From assembly GCA_041946685.1 (NCBI GenBank), contig JBHGAV010000010.1, positions 23,370-87,369 on the forward strand: 64,000 nucleotides of DNA. The letters are read 5' to 3'. The notes under the pieces were generated by a model. The model did not search any database. It was not told where the DNA came from and saw only the letters and a program-made list of their open reading frames with translations. Source of the stretch: Bryobacteraceae bacterium (lineage in GTDB: Bacteria > Acidobacteriota > Terriglobia > Bryobacterales > Bryobacteraceae). Positions 1 through 9,189 of this stretch are shown here, piece by piece (the stretch's first letter is position 1; every line of letters starts with the position of its first letter). Both the position numbers and the translations under genes were made by a program.

Positions 1-190
1 CGCTGTGGGCATCGCGCGGCTTGGTGGGGTCTATGACGAAGAATTCAGGTGCCGGCGTATAGGGGACTTCCTGCACCGCCGACAGCAGATCCTCCAAGCC
101 CGGGAGAAGCCTTGCGGGAGACCGTCTGGACCGGTCGCCTCCGTCACCGCTCTGCTCTGCGCGCCGCAACGCGTCGTGTACGCGACTCAT
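1..190 (-). CDS. EPS-locus tyrosine kinase / chain-length-determinant ATPase partner, N-terminal fragment (runs off left edge)
   Basis: Reverse-strand ATG at 190 is preceded by a GGAGGAGAG Shine-Dalgarno (SD) sequence. The translation MSRVHDALRRAEQSGDGGDRS... continues to the window edge (63 codons). This MSRxxxALxRAE-type N-terminus and the position directly downstream of a kinase-less Wzz/GumC gene fit a split Wzc-like kinase. ATPase motifs lie outside the window. Confidence 0.4.
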   Translation of the reverse strand, partial: MSRVHDALRRAEQSGDGGDRSRRSPARLLPGLEDLLSAVQEVPYTPAPEFFVIDPTKPRDAHS

Positions 191-214
191 CTCTCCTCCA
201 AAGGACTACTCCCG

Positions 215-1873
215 CTATGCCGACTTGGTGAAGTAGTAGTAGACCGAGCCCAGCATCAAGAGGAATCCGACAATACAGGCGCCCGACCAAGCCACCCAGG
301 ATAGCCGCCGCTTCCGCTGCACCAGGAGATCGTTTTCGACCAGAGGCACGCTGCCCAGGACGGGCAGGCCGGTGTACGCTCTCACATCCTTGAGGTTCTT
401 GAGGGACGTGTCCTTCATTTCCCGGCCTCCGGCGAGGAACAGACCCAGCAGCACACCGATGCAAGTGCCCACCCCCACCACCATCCAGCGGTTCGGCTCG
501 GTGGGCGATTGCGGAAGCGAGGCCTGTTCCAGCACCTCCAGAGTCTCCCCCTGCTTCCGGGTCTCCAGGTCCGTGGCCATGGACGACTGGTTGCTCTTCA
601 TGACCAGTTCTTCGTACTGCTGCTTGGCGAGATTGTAGTCGCGCGTCATGAGGGCGTATTCACGCTCGCCGAGCGGACTGGCTTCGATCCGCTCCTGGTA
701 GACCTTGATCGCCTTGTCCAGTCTGGCCTGCTCCTTCACCAGGTTCTGAATCTCCACATCTTTGGATTCGATCTGGCCCTGGAGCCTAGAAATCTCCGCC
801 TGCAACTGCTTCATCTCGCGGCTCTCGACCAGAGGGGCCGGCTTGTCAGGCGCCGCGGCCGCTGCGGCCTTCTCCTCCTCTTTCATAAGAGAGTCACGGC
901 TGGCTCTCAAGCTGGCAAGCTGCGACCGGGCGCGGCGCACGTCGGGATGCGAGTCGCTATACTGCTGGCGCATGCCGGCCAAGGCGGTTTCGAGTGCGAG
1001 GACCTGGCGGTCCAACTGGATGACGCGGTCGCTCTTGACCGCCGCTTCCATCGAGGTGGCCGCCGAGGCGGGAGTCGCCTGGAGCTGCTCCTTGGCCGTG
1101 CGCAGGCTGTTCTCCAGCAGGAGTTTCTCTTGAGTCGCGCGGTTGATGGACGACCCCGCCGTGGCAAGCTGAGCCTGAAGCGCGTTCAACTGCCCCAGGT
1201 TGGAGGACAACTGCTCGGGCAACTTGCCGGAGAACTTCAGCTTGTATTGCGTCAGGCGGTCCTCAATCGCATCGAGGTTCTTCTTGGCCGCGTCGAGCTT
1301 CTCTCTCAGGAACTCAGTGGTCATCACCGATTCGGACGAGCGGGTTCTGACTGTCTCGTCCAGGAACATTGCAACGATCTGACTCACCACTTTCTGGGCC
1401 AGGTACCGGTTCTCGTATGCAAAGGATACCCGAAAAGCGGTGGATAGCGGCCGGTTCTCCGCCACATCCCGCAAGGCCAGGACCGGTGCGATCGTGACAT
1501 CCTTCTGCATCTGTTCAACCAAATCCTCGTCCGGTATGCGTCCCTTCTTCCGAGGGTACAGGCCGTTCTGGTTGATCAAGTTCAATATGTTGGTGCGGCT
1601 GCGAACCTGCTGCTCCATAGCGGCGATGCGCTGGCCGATCTGAAGGTTGACGTTCGAGGGGACGTACCTCTCCGGCACGGCCGGAGGAACGATGCGGATG
1701 GTCGCGTCCGAGACGTAGGTGTCGGGCCAGAGGAAGGCGACGACGACGGAGATTACCAAACCCGCAAAAGCCGGTCCAATGATCCACCCGCGGTGCCGGC
1801 GAAGCATGTCGAAGTAGTCGGAGACATCCATCGGCCTTCTACCGACGGCGTAGGGTTCAGTGCTCGGTTGCAT
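215..1873 (-). CDS. Polysaccharide chain-length determinant protein (Wzz/GumC family, no kinase domain)
   Basis: 552-aa ORF. N-terminal TM (WIIGPAFAGLVISVVVAFLWP) is followed by the PDTYVS motif typical of Wzz domains. A long coiled-coil periplasmic region and a C-terminal TM (WMVVGVGTCIGVLLGLFLAGG) follow. No Walker motifs. Confidence 0.8.
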   Translation of the reverse strand: MQPSTEPYAVGRRPMDVSDYFDMLRRHRGWIIGPAFAGLVISVVVAFLWPDTYVSDATIRIVPPAVPERYVPSNVNLQIGQRIAAMEQQVRSRTNILNLINQNGLYPRKKGRIPDEDLVEQMQKDVTIAPVLALRDVAENRPLSTAFRVSFAYENRYLAQKVVSQIVAMFLDETVRTRSSESVMTTEFLREKLDAAKKNLDAIEDRLTQYKLKFSGKLPEQLSSNLGQLNALQAQLATAGSSINRATQEKLLLENSLRTAKEQLQATPASAATSMEAAVKSDRVIQLDRQVLALETALAGMRQQYSDSHPDVRRARSQLASLRASRDSLMKEEEKAAAAAAPDKPAPLVESREMKQLQAEISRLQGQIESKDVEIQNLVKEQARLDKAIKVYQERIEASPLGEREYALMTRDYNLAKQQYEELVMKSNQSSMATDLETRKQGETLEVLEQASLPQSPTEPNRWMVVGVGTCIGVLLGLFLAGGREMKDTSLKNLKDVRAYTGLPVLGSVPLVENDLLVQRKRRLSWVAWSGACIVGFLLMLGSVYYYFTKSA

Positions 1874-1906
1874 AGAGAGGCGCCTCCGTCAATCCTGCTG
1901 CTCGTC

Positions 1907-2548
1907 CTAAGGCACGATAATCTGGTCCCCACCCTCCAATAGCAGATTCTGGCTCAGATTCTTGCCCTTAACCCAGTCGCGATAGTTGAACTTGTACCGC
2001 TTCGGACCCCGCATGATCAGGATGTTCTTGGTGTCCGCGTACTCCCGGAAGCCGCCGGCGATGGTTAGCGCCTGCGAAATGGTCGTCGGCACCACGAGCG
2101 GGTACTGGCCTGGCCGGTTCACCTCCCCGATCACGAAGTACTTCTTGCTGTTCACGGAGAGGACCGAAACCATCACCTCGGGTTCGGTGACGTACTTGAC
2201 CAGCCCCTCCCTGATCAACTCGGCCAACTTCAGAGGCGTAATGCCTCCTGCCTGCAAGTCTCCGATCAGCGGCAAGGAGATCTTGCCGTCGGGCCGGACA
2301 GAGACGGGGCCCGACAAGTCCGGCTCCCGCCACACCCTCACCTGGAGGATGTCTTCGGCGCCGATCAAGTAAGTGTTCGGGTCGACAGGCGCCCCAACCG
2401 ACTTCCTCAGGGCTTCTTCCTCGGGGCTCACCTGAGCCGGAGGCGCAGTTTCCTGCCGTTTCTCCTGCGCACCCTGCGCACACGACGCGGACAAGAAAAT
2501 GAACAGGCAAAGAAGAATACTCCCCAACACCAATGCACGTCTAGGCAT
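1907..2548 (-). CDS. Polysaccharide export protein (Wza/Poly_export + SLBB type)
   Basis: ORF 1907-2824 trimmed to ATG 2548, which begins a signal peptide (MPRRALVLGSILLCLFIFLSASC). Wza-like blocks are present: YLIGAEDILQVRVWREPDLSG, DGKISLPLIGDLQAGG, GEVNRPGQYPL. Confidence 0.8.
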   Translation of the reverse strand: MPRRALVLGSILLCLFIFLSASCAQGAQEKRQETAPPAQVSPEEEALRKSVGAPVDPNTYLIGAEDILQVRVWREPDLSGPVSVRPDGKISLPLIGDLQAGGITPLKLAELIREGLVKYVTEPEVMVSVLSVNSKKYFVIGEVNRPGQYPLVVPTTISQALTIAGGFREYADTKNILIMRGPKRYKFNYRDWVKGKNLSQNLLLEGGDQIIVP

Positions 2549-2836
2549 TATGTCTACCTCAGAGGCGCATGAACCTCCTGCCCCTCGATCGCCGGCCAGC
2601 GGACACCGCGGTTTTATACCGTCAACGTAAGCAATTGTACAATAACTTCGCCGTTTCGCGAAGCAGCCCCGCGCCGAGGAGGATTGAACGCAAGGCGTGC
2701 GGCGTCCGGCCAAACCATTGCTGCGGCTACAGAAACGCATGGCTATGCTTCTTGGACGGCGGGGGTACCAGGACCGTTCTGGGGCGAATAAGAGGGGAAG
2801 AAAGGGGTTCTTTCCGACCGCCACTCAGGCGGCCGC

Positions 2837-3475
2837 TCAGAACGTGAGGCCGATTCCTACGGACGCCTCCTGGTGTCTCAAGTTACCCCGGGCGCTCATT
2901 ATTTCCTGAATATCCAAATCGTAGGGCTTGCCGGTCAGGCAATCGCGGGCATCGAGGCGTACCTGAGCGTGCTGGAAGAGCCTGATCTTCATGCCCAGTC
3001 CGTAGTGGAATCCGTAGTTGCGGGTTGAGTACCCAGACCAACTGGGGACATTGCGGGGACTGATGCTCTTCTGCGCCTGAGCCCCCAAGGCGAAGAAAGG
3101 CCGAAACCGCTCGTTCTTCGGCATCCAGTAAACGAGGAAGTCGATGAAAGCTTGGTGCAGTTTCACCGTGCGATCCAGGGTCTCCTTAGGCACGTCCTTG
3201 GAAGCCTGGGTCTTGACTCGCAGGGTGGCCCGCGTCTGGAGGTAGCCCAGTTCGTAGCCGTAGTAACGGTGCGGGTTCCAGGTAAGGCGAAGACCGTTGC
3301 TGTAGCCGTTTCTGAAGGTCGTGTCGGTGTCCTTGGGAGACACGGGGGATGAAGATCCGAGCGGCGTCTTGCTCATCCGGGCCCAACCGCGCAGGACGGA
3401 GACTTCCACCGTCTGCCCACAGAGGGGAGCGAGAGCGGCCCATGCCAGGCCCGCAAACCACAAGATCTGTTTCAT
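2837..3475 (-). CDS. Outer-membrane beta-barrel protein (porin/OmpA-like barrel family)
   Basis: ORF trimmed to ATG 3475, which starts a signal peptide (MKQILWFAGLAWAALAPLCGQ). Alternating amphipathic strands rich in Y/G and a C-terminal ...VGIGLTF ending in Phe are the classic OMP signature. First gene of the EPS export gene string. Confidence 0.65.
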   Translation of the reverse strand: MKQILWFAGLAWAALAPLCGQTVEVSVLRGWARMSKTPLGSSSPVSPKDTDTTFRNGYSNGLRLTWNPHRYYGYELGYLQTRATLRVKTQASKDVPKETLDRTVKLHQAFIDFLVYWMPKNERFRPFFALGAQAQKSISPRNVPSWSGYSTRNYGFHYGLGMKIRLFQHAQVRLDARDCLTGKPYDLDIQEIMSARGNLRHQEASVGIGLTF

Positions 3476-3538
3476 ACGAGTTGCCGGAACGCCGCTATCG
3501 CCAGAGGCGAGACACCCCTTCCCGAGGGGAAGCAAACA

Positions 3539-4117
3539 TTATAGCTTGGTGGAGAGGCCGCAGGCGGATAGCCGTAGTTCTTTCAGGTGGCGATAAACGA
3601 GGGCGACGGGGAGCCCGACGACGTTGAAGTAGCAGCCCTCGATGCGGTCGATGAACTTGGAGGCCAGTCCCTGAATGGCGTACGCTCCGGCCTTATCCAT
3701 CGGCTCGCCGCTCTGGACATAGCTTGAGATTTCCTCGTCCGACATGGCGACGAACCGGACGCGGGTGGACTCGGCATCCGTCACGAGGCGGTCGCCCGTA
3801 CGCAGGCAGATGCCGGTGACGACCTCGTGCTCGCGGCCGGAGAGCAGCCGCAGCATCCAGGCGGCTTGCTCGCGGCTCTCCGGCTTGCCGAGCACGCACC
3901 CGTCCACGACTACCACGGTGTCGGCGGCGAGAATCGTTTCCCCCGAGGAGACGGCCACCGCCAGCGCCTTCTGGCGTGCCAGCCGCAGCACGTGCTGGCG
4001 GGGGTCCTCGCCTGCCAGCAGGGTTTCGTCGACCGGGGCGGCACGGGTGATGAACTCGATACCCGCGGAGGAGAGGATCTCCCTCCGGCGCGGCGACTGG
4101 GAGGCGAGCACGAGCAT
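3539..4117 (-). CDS. maf: Maf-like nucleoside triphosphate pyrophosphatase / septum formation inhibitor
   Basis: ORF 3539-4462 trimmed to ATG 4117 ([22 protein letters not shown]...). Contains the canonical Maf SPRR motif, and GAYAIQG is conserved near the C-terminus. Confidence 0.85.
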   Translation of the reverse strand: MLVLASQSPRRREILSSAGIEFITRAAPVDETLLAGEDPRQHVLRLARQKALAVAVSSGETILAADTVVVVDGCVLGKPESREQAAWMLRLLSGREHEVVTGICLRTGDRLVTDAESTRVRFVAMSDEEISSYVQSGEPMDKAGAYAIQGLASKFIDRIEGCYFNVVGLPVALVYRHLKELRLSACGLSTKL

Positions 4118-4150
4118 ACCCGCATGGTACAATGAACGCTCATTCCCACC

Positions 4151-4546
4151 ATGGAGCGCGCGGGCAGAGTCATCTCCAGAACAAGACTGGCCGGGGGCGC
4201 GGTGTGCCTGGAAGAGCTGGCCTGCGCCGGTTGGCCGGTTGCGGTCGGCAAGAAGATAGCCGTTCACACGCGGGCGACGTCCCTTTCCGGCGGGCGCCTC
4301 CGCGTGGAAGTGGAGGACGCGGTCTGGCAGCGGCAGCTCAGCGTGCTGAGGAAGCAGATCCTGGCGAGGCTGGAGGAGGTGGTGGGTGCGGCGGTGGTCC
4401 GCGACATCGATTTTCGGGTAGTCCCACGCCGCAGGTTGCCTCAACTCGCCTCCGAGCCGCACACACGGCCGGATGAGGCGGACCAGATCCAGGACCCCGT
4501 GTTGCGCTCGATATACCGCAAGCAGCGGAGGAGGCGGTCCGCGTGA
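4151..4546 (+). CDS. DUF721 / DciA-like protein
   Basis: 131-aa ORF with the DUF721 pattern W..VG.KIA.HT....L..G.L.V.V.D..W...L ([36 protein letters not shown]). Its stop overlaps the gatC GTG start (GTGA). Confidence 0.6.
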   Translation: MERAGRVISRTRLAGGAVCLEELACAGWPVAVGKKIAVHTRATSLSGGRLRVEVEDAVWQRQLSVLRKQILARLEEVVGAAVVRDIDFRVVPRRRLPQLASEPHTRPDEADQIQDPVLRSIYRKQRRRRSA

Positions 4547-4842
4547 AGATCACCGAGCAGGAAGTGCGCTATGTGGCCGGCCTGGCCAACCTGAACCTGT
4601 CGGCTGAAGAGGTGCGCCGGCTCCGGGACGACCTGGACGAGATCCTGGCGCACATGGACAAGCTGAATGAGCTCGACACCAGCGGAGTGGAGCCCATGGC
4701 GCAGGTCCTCTATGACGCAGGAGAGACGGCCACGCTGCGGGAAGACCAGGAGCGGCCCGTCCTGGGGAGCGATATTGCCCTGGCGAACGCTCCCCTGGCC
4801 GGAAGCGGCTGCTTCAAAGTTCCCAAGGTGATCGAGAGGTAG
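4543..4842 (+). CDS. gatC: Asp/Glu-tRNA(Asn/Gln) amidotransferase subunit C
   Basis: 99 aa. [22 protein letters not shown]...[21 protein letters not shown] is a typical GatC sequence, and the gene lies immediately upstream of gatA. Confidence 0.9.
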   Translation: MKITEQEVRYVAGLANLNLSAEEVRRLRDDLDEILAHMDKLNELDTSGVEPMAQVLYDAGETATLREDQERPVLGSDIALANAPLAGSGCFKVPKVIER

Positions 4843-4847
4843 CCCGG

Positions 4848-6290
4848 ATGGAGATCGCCTCGCTCACGGTGGACCTGGTCCGGGAGGGCCTGCAGAAACG
4901 CCGCTTCAGCGCCGAGGAGCTTGCGCGGGAAGCCCTGCGGTTTGCCGGCGAAGAGAATCCGAGAACCGCCGCTTACCTCCATTTCTGCCCGGAGCGGGCG
5001 CTGGAGTCGGCGCGGCGGATCGACGGGAAACTCGCGCGTGGAGAGGATGCCGGCCCGCTGGCCGGCGTTCCGGTGGCGGTGAAGGACGTGATTCTGACCA
5101 AAGGGATCCGGTCCACAGCGGGCTCCAGACTTCTGGAACACTACGTCCCTCCCTACGACGCGACTGCGGTGACACGGCTCGAACAGGCCGGCGGTGTGAT
5201 TGTCGGGAAGACGAACTGCGACGAGTTCGCTATGGGCTCGTCCACCGAGAACTCGGCGTTCGGGCCGGTGCGTAATCCGGTGGCGCTGGACCGCGTGCCC
5301 GGAGGGTCGAGCGGCGGGTCGGCCGCCGTGGTGGCGCAGGGCACCGCCGTGGTCTCTCTCGGTTCTGACACCGGAGGGTCGATACGCCAGCCGGCGTCTT
5401 TTTGCGGGGTGGCCGGCGTCACCCCGACCTACGGACGGGTCTCGCGCTACGGGTTGATCGCCTTCGCCAGCAGTCTGGACCACATCGGGCCGTTCGCCAG
5501 AAACGTTAAGGACGCGGCGCTGCTGCTTCAGGTCATCGCCGGACGGGACGAGATGGATTCCACCTCCGCGTTCGCGCCGGTGCCGGATTACGTGAGCCTG
5601 CTGGACGGCAACGTTCGGGGCCTGCGTGTCGGCCTGCCCCGGGAGTACTTCACCGGGCTGGCCAGCGAGACGGGCGACTTGATTCACCGCGGGATCGAAA
5701 CACTAAAGAATCTGGGCTGCGAGGTAAGCGAAATCAGCCTCCCGTCAACCGAGTACGCCATCGCCTGCTACTACATCATTTGCACCGCGGAAGCCAGTTC
5801 CAACCTGGCGCGCTACGACGGCGTGCGCTACACCACCCGGACGAAGGAACCCGCCAGCCTGGTCGATATGTACCGCTCCACGCGAGGGGAGGGCTTCGGA
5901 GCCGAGTGCAAGCGGCGGATCATGCTCGGCACGTATGTGTTGAGCGCGGGATACTACGACGCCTACTATCTGAAAGCCCAGAAGGTGCGCGCCCTGATCG
6001 CAAGGGACTTCGCACGGGCGTTCGAGCAGGTGGACGCGATCGTCGCGCCGGTCTCTCCCTTCCCCGCCTTCAAGCTGGGGGAGAAGATCGACGACCCGCT
6101 GGAGATGTATCTCTCCGACATCTACACGATCACGGGATCGCTGGCAGGCATTCCCTGCATGAGCGTGCCGTGCGGCCGGACGGCCTCGGGCCTCCCCGTG
6201 GGCATGCAGATTCTGACCAGGCACTTCGACGAGGCGGGGATGTTGCGGCTAGCGGACGCGTTCGAGAAGGCCGGCGGCGCCGAAGGCTGA
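4848..6290 (+). CDS. gatA: Asp/Glu-tRNA(Asn/Gln) amidotransferase subunit A
   Basis: 480 aa. Carries the amidase signature GGSSGGSAAVVA and the KTNCDEFAMGSSTENSAFG block. Synteny with gatC. Confidence 0.95.
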   Translation: MEIASLTVDLVREGLQKRRFSAEELAREALRFAGEENPRTAAYLHFCPERALESARRIDGKLARGEDAGPLAGVPVAVKDVILTKGIRSTAGSRLLEHYVPPYDATAVTRLEQAGGVIVGKTNCDEFAMGSSTENSAFGPVRNPVALDRVPGGSSGGSAAVVAQGTAVVSLGSDTGGSIRQPASFCGVAGVTPTYGRVSRYGLIAFASSLDHIGPFARNVKDAALLLQVIAGRDEMDSTSAFAPVPDYVSLLDGNVRGLRVGLPREYFTGLASETGDLIHRGIETLKNLGCEVSEISLPSTEYAIACYYIICTAEASSNLARYDGVRYTTRTKEPASLVDMYRSTRGEGFGAECKRRIMLGTYVLSAGYYDAYYLKAQKVRALIARDFARAFEQVDAIVAPVSPFPAFKLGEKIDDPLEMYLSDIYTITGSLAGIPCMSVPCGRTASGLPVGMQILTRHFDEAGMLRLADAFEKAGGAEG

Positions 6291-6354
6291 GCGGTTCGCC
6301 GGAAGTCTGAATCCTCACCCCACCTGCGCGCATCCTTTGCAGTAGGAGAACGAG

Positions 6355-6963
6355 ATGCCATTCACACTGCCTAACCTGCCCTATGCATTCGACGCGCTGG
6401 AGCCTTACATCGACAAGGCGACCATGGAGATCCACCACGGAAAGCACCATGCCGCCTACGTGACCAACGTGAACAAGGCGCTGGAATCCGCGCCGGAGCT
6501 GGCCGGCAAGAGCCTGGAAGAGCTGCTGGCGGGTAACCTGGCGAGCGTTCCGGAGAGCATCCGCACCGCCGTGCGCAACAACGGCGGCGGGCACGTCAAC
6601 CACGCGATGTTCTGGAGCATCATGGGGCCCAACGCGGGCGGCCAGCCCGCCGGAAAACTGGGCGAGGCCATCAAGAGCACGTTCGGCAGCTTCGACACCT
6701 TCAAGGAGAGACTGACGGCGGCCGGCATGGGGCGCTTCGGCTCCGGTTGGGCGTGGCTGGTCAAGGACCAGGCGGGCAAGCTGGACATCTACTCGACGGC
6801 CAACCAGGACAGTCCCCTCATGGAGGGCAAGTTCCCCATCATGGGCGTGGACGTCTGGGAGCACGCCTACTACCTGAAGTATCAGAACCGCCGCGCCGAA
6901 TACCTGGCCGCCTGGTGGAACGTGGTGAACTGGAAGGAAGTCGAGAAGCGCTTCCTGGGTTAG
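6355..6963 (+). CDS. sodA: Superoxide dismutase, Mn-type (Fe/Mn SOD family)
   Basis: 202 aa with [33 protein letters not shown] (Mn-type pattern) and [15 protein letters not shown]. An AGGAGA SD sequence precedes the ATG. Confidence 0.9.
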   Translation: MPFTLPNLPYAFDALEPYIDKATMEIHHGKHHAAYVTNVNKALESAPELAGKSLEELLAGNLASVPESIRTAVRNNGGGHVNHAMFWSIMGPNAGGQPAGKLGEAIKSTFGSFDTFKERLTAAGMGRFGSGWAWLVKDQAGKLDIYSTANQDSPLMEGKFPIMGVDVWEHAYYLKYQNRRAEYLAAWWNVVNWKEVEKRFLG

Positions 6964-6968
6964 CGCGG

Positions 6969-6989
6969 GGCGGGACTGGCGCTCCCGCC
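6969..6989 (+). terminator. Possible stem-loop after sodA (GGCGGGA-N7-TCCCGCC)
   Basis: 7-bp perfect inverted repeat 6 nt after the sodA stop codon. There is no U-tract, so at best it is a weak or non-canonical terminator. Confidence 0.3.
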
Positions 6990-7031
6990 TGACAACAGCG
7001 GCCATGTATACTGTCATGCGTGCCGGTCTGC

Positions 7032-8039
7032 ATGGTGACAGGGGCCGCCGGTTTTCTCGGATCGCATCTTGTTGACCGGCTGCTGAGTGAGTCGCACAAA
7101 GTAATCGGCGTAGACTCGTTTACCGGCTCCTATTCCCCAAAGAGCAAGAGGGAGAACGTTTCCACAGCGCTCCGGGACCCCAACTACGCCCTTCTGGAAG
7201 TGGACGTAGCGGACCTCACCGTCTCGATGTTCCCTGAGCTTCCGGAATACGTCTTCCACCTGGCGGGACAGCCCGGCGTTCGGCAGAGTTGGGGCCGGGG
7301 ATTCGCCGGCTATGTGCAGCGCAACATTCTTGCCACTCAGTCTCTCTTGGAAGCGCTGAGAAGCCGTCCGCCGCGACGCTTCCTTCTGGCATCCTCCTCA
7401 TCGGTGTATGGCGCCTGCGGGCGCTATCCCATGGGGGAGACGCAGCCGCCGCGCCCCATCTCCCCCTACGGCGTGTCGAAACTCGCCGCGGAGAATCTGT
7501 GCTTCGCCTATTCCCGCGAGTTCTCCTTCTCCAGCGTGGCCTTGCGCTTCTTCACGGCATATGGACCCCGCCAGAGGCCCGACATGGGTGTGTTCCGGTT
7601 CCTGCATGCCGCCAGCAGCGGAAGACCGGTGGAGGTGTTTGGAGGAGCCGAAACCCAGCGCGACTACACCTATGTGGATGACGTCATCGATGCCTGCCTC
7701 GCAGCCATGCACCTGGACGTGCGGTTCGAAGCTATCAACGTCGGAAACGGAAGACCGATCTCGCTGACGGAGTGTCTGGACGTCATCAGCCGCGTTACCG
7801 AGCGAGACTTGATCCGCCTCCACCGGGATCGCCCACCAGGCGACTCAACCAAGACGCACGCAGACATCAGAAAGGCCCGGTCGCTCCTCGGGTTCGAGCC
7901 GAAATGGTCGTTCCCGGCCGGCGTTAAGAAGCAGTGGGAGTGGTATCTCGGCCTGCCTACCACCCGCGCCGCGGTGTGCGAGCCTGGTCCGGCGACGCCA
8001 CGAGCCACTCGGAACACAGGAAATGGAACTAACGACTAG
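7032..8039 (+). CDS. NAD-dependent sugar-nucleotide epimerase/dehydratase (extended SDR)
   Basis: MVTGAAGFLGSHLVDRLL is the GxxGxxG Rossmann motif, and the YxxxK catalytic motif is present (SPYGVSKLAAE). The ORF-track start at 7020 is GTG; the ATG at 7032 is more canonical. The 3' end overlaps the next gene by 17 nt. Confidence 0.8.
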   Translation: MVTGAAGFLGSHLVDRLLSESHKVIGVDSFTGSYSPKSKRENVSTALRDPNYALLEVDVADLTVSMFPELPEYVFHLAGQPGVRQSWGRGFAGYVQRNILATQSLLEALRSRPPRRFLLASSSSVYGACGRYPMGETQPPRPISPYGVSKLAAENLCFAYSREFSFSSVALRFFTAYGPRQRPDMGVFRFLHAASSGRPVEVFGGAETQRDYTYVDDVIDACLAAMHLDVRFEAINVGNGRPISLTECLDVISRVTERDLIRLHRDRPPGDSTKTHADIRKARSLLGFEPKWSFPAGVKKQWEWYLGLPTTRAAVCEPGPATPRATRNTGNGTND

Positions 8040-9189
8040 AAGGCCTCGTGCGGATCCGCTGCGCAGGAACTTGGAGGGCATCCGGGGAGCCGTCCTCCGC
8101 AGGATGACTTTGCTGTGCGACGGCGTTCCGCTCGAGTTCCGCGATATCCCTCCGAAGAAACTCCTGAATGCCGCGAAGGCAGAGTTATCCGTGCATTCCA
8201 AGCCGCTTCGGCCATGGGCTATGCCCATCCACCTGATGGTGGAACCATCCGCCCACTGCAATCTGGCCTGCTCGCTCTGCCCCGTCACCAGAGGGTTGGA
8301 GCGTCCGCAAGGGCATATGGACCCGGCTTTGTTCCGCAGATTGCTGGACGAGACCGGAGAATTCGTCTTTACGCTGCTGTTCTGGGACTGGGGTGAACCT
8401 TTTGTCAATCCGCACGCCTTCGAGATGATCGCTTACGCCAAGGCCAAGGGTGTGAAGGTGATCTCGAGCACGAACGGGCACTTGTTCGCACAGCCGGAGA
8501 TGGCGGAGCGCCTGGTGCGCTCCGGCATCGACATGATCATTTTCGCCATCGATGGGGTCACACAGCAGACCTATGAACGGTATCGCCAGGGAGGGCTGCT
8601 CACGGCCGCTCTTGAAGGGATGAGAAACGTCGCGGCTCTGAAGCAGGCTCTGGGCAGCGTTACTCCGATCATCAATTTCCGCTTCATCGTGATGGCTCAC
8701 AACGAGCACGAGATCCCCCAGGTCAGGGAGCTGGCGCCTCGCTCGGGCGCGGACGTGCTCAGTTTCAAGACACTGAATCCCCGCTCGATGGACCCGTACG
8801 GAGATCGCGAGGAGGCCGACCCGGGAGGGGGCGCCTCCTATCTCCCGGAGGACAAGAGTTACTGGCGGTTTGCTCCTGACCCGCGAACCGGCGGCCGCCA
8901 GCGGCTCCGCCGCAATCCCTGCCGGCAGCTTTGGACGGCACCGGTCATTCACTGGAACGGAACGGTGTGCCCGTGCCCTTTCGACCCCCGGGAGAGGTAC
9001 GTCCTCGGTTCCCTTAAGGACCACAGTCTTCGCCAGATCTGGCAGGGGGAGGCATACCAGTGCCTCCGCCGACGCTTTCGCGTGAATTGGGAGGAGATCC
9101 CACTTTGCACCGACTGTACGTACGCTTACAAGGGTGGGGACTGTTCCCGGGAGACTGTCGCAGAAGTGACCACCTATGCGCGCTCCTGA
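8023..9189 (+). CDS. Radical SAM enzyme with C-terminal SPASM/twitch-like Cys-rich domain
   Basis: CxxxCxxC radical SAM motif (HCNLACSLCP). The C-terminal Cys cluster is CRQLWTAPVIHWNGTVCPC...C...CTDCTYAYKGGDC. The start could also be the internal ATG at 8104. Confidence 0.8.
   Translation: MELTTRRPRADPLRRNLEGIRGAVLRRMTLLCDGVPLEFRDIPPKKLLNAAKAELSVHSKPLRPWAMPIHLMVEPSAHCNLACSLCPVTRGLERPQGHMDPALFRRLLDETGEFVFTLLFWDWGEPFVNPHAFEMIAYAKAKGVKVISSTNGHLFAQPEMAERLVRSGIDMIIFAIDGVTQQTYERYRQGGLLTAALEGMRNVAALKQALGSVTPIINFRFIVMAHNEHEIPQVRELAPRSGADVLSFKTLNPRSMDPYGDREEADPGGGASYLPEDKSYWRFAPDPRTGGRQRLRRNPCRQLWTAPVIHWNGTVCPCPFDPRERYVLGSLKDHSLRQIWQGEAYQCLRRRFRVNWEEIPLCTDCTYAYKGGDCSRETVAEVTTYARS

Noticed and set aside
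5-304. A 99-aa plus-strand ORF at the left edge.
   Set aside because: The opposite strand has an ATG at 190 with a strong SD sequence and an EPS-kinase-like N-terminus that fits the operon. The plus-strand product has no recognisable features.
8023-9189. The radical SAM/SPASM enzyme as the core of a RiPP (peptide maturase) cluster.
   Set aside because: No short precursor-like ORF, protease, transporter or RRE-type partner is adjacent. The gene is overlapped on both sides by sugar-metabolism genes (SDR epimerase, GT2).
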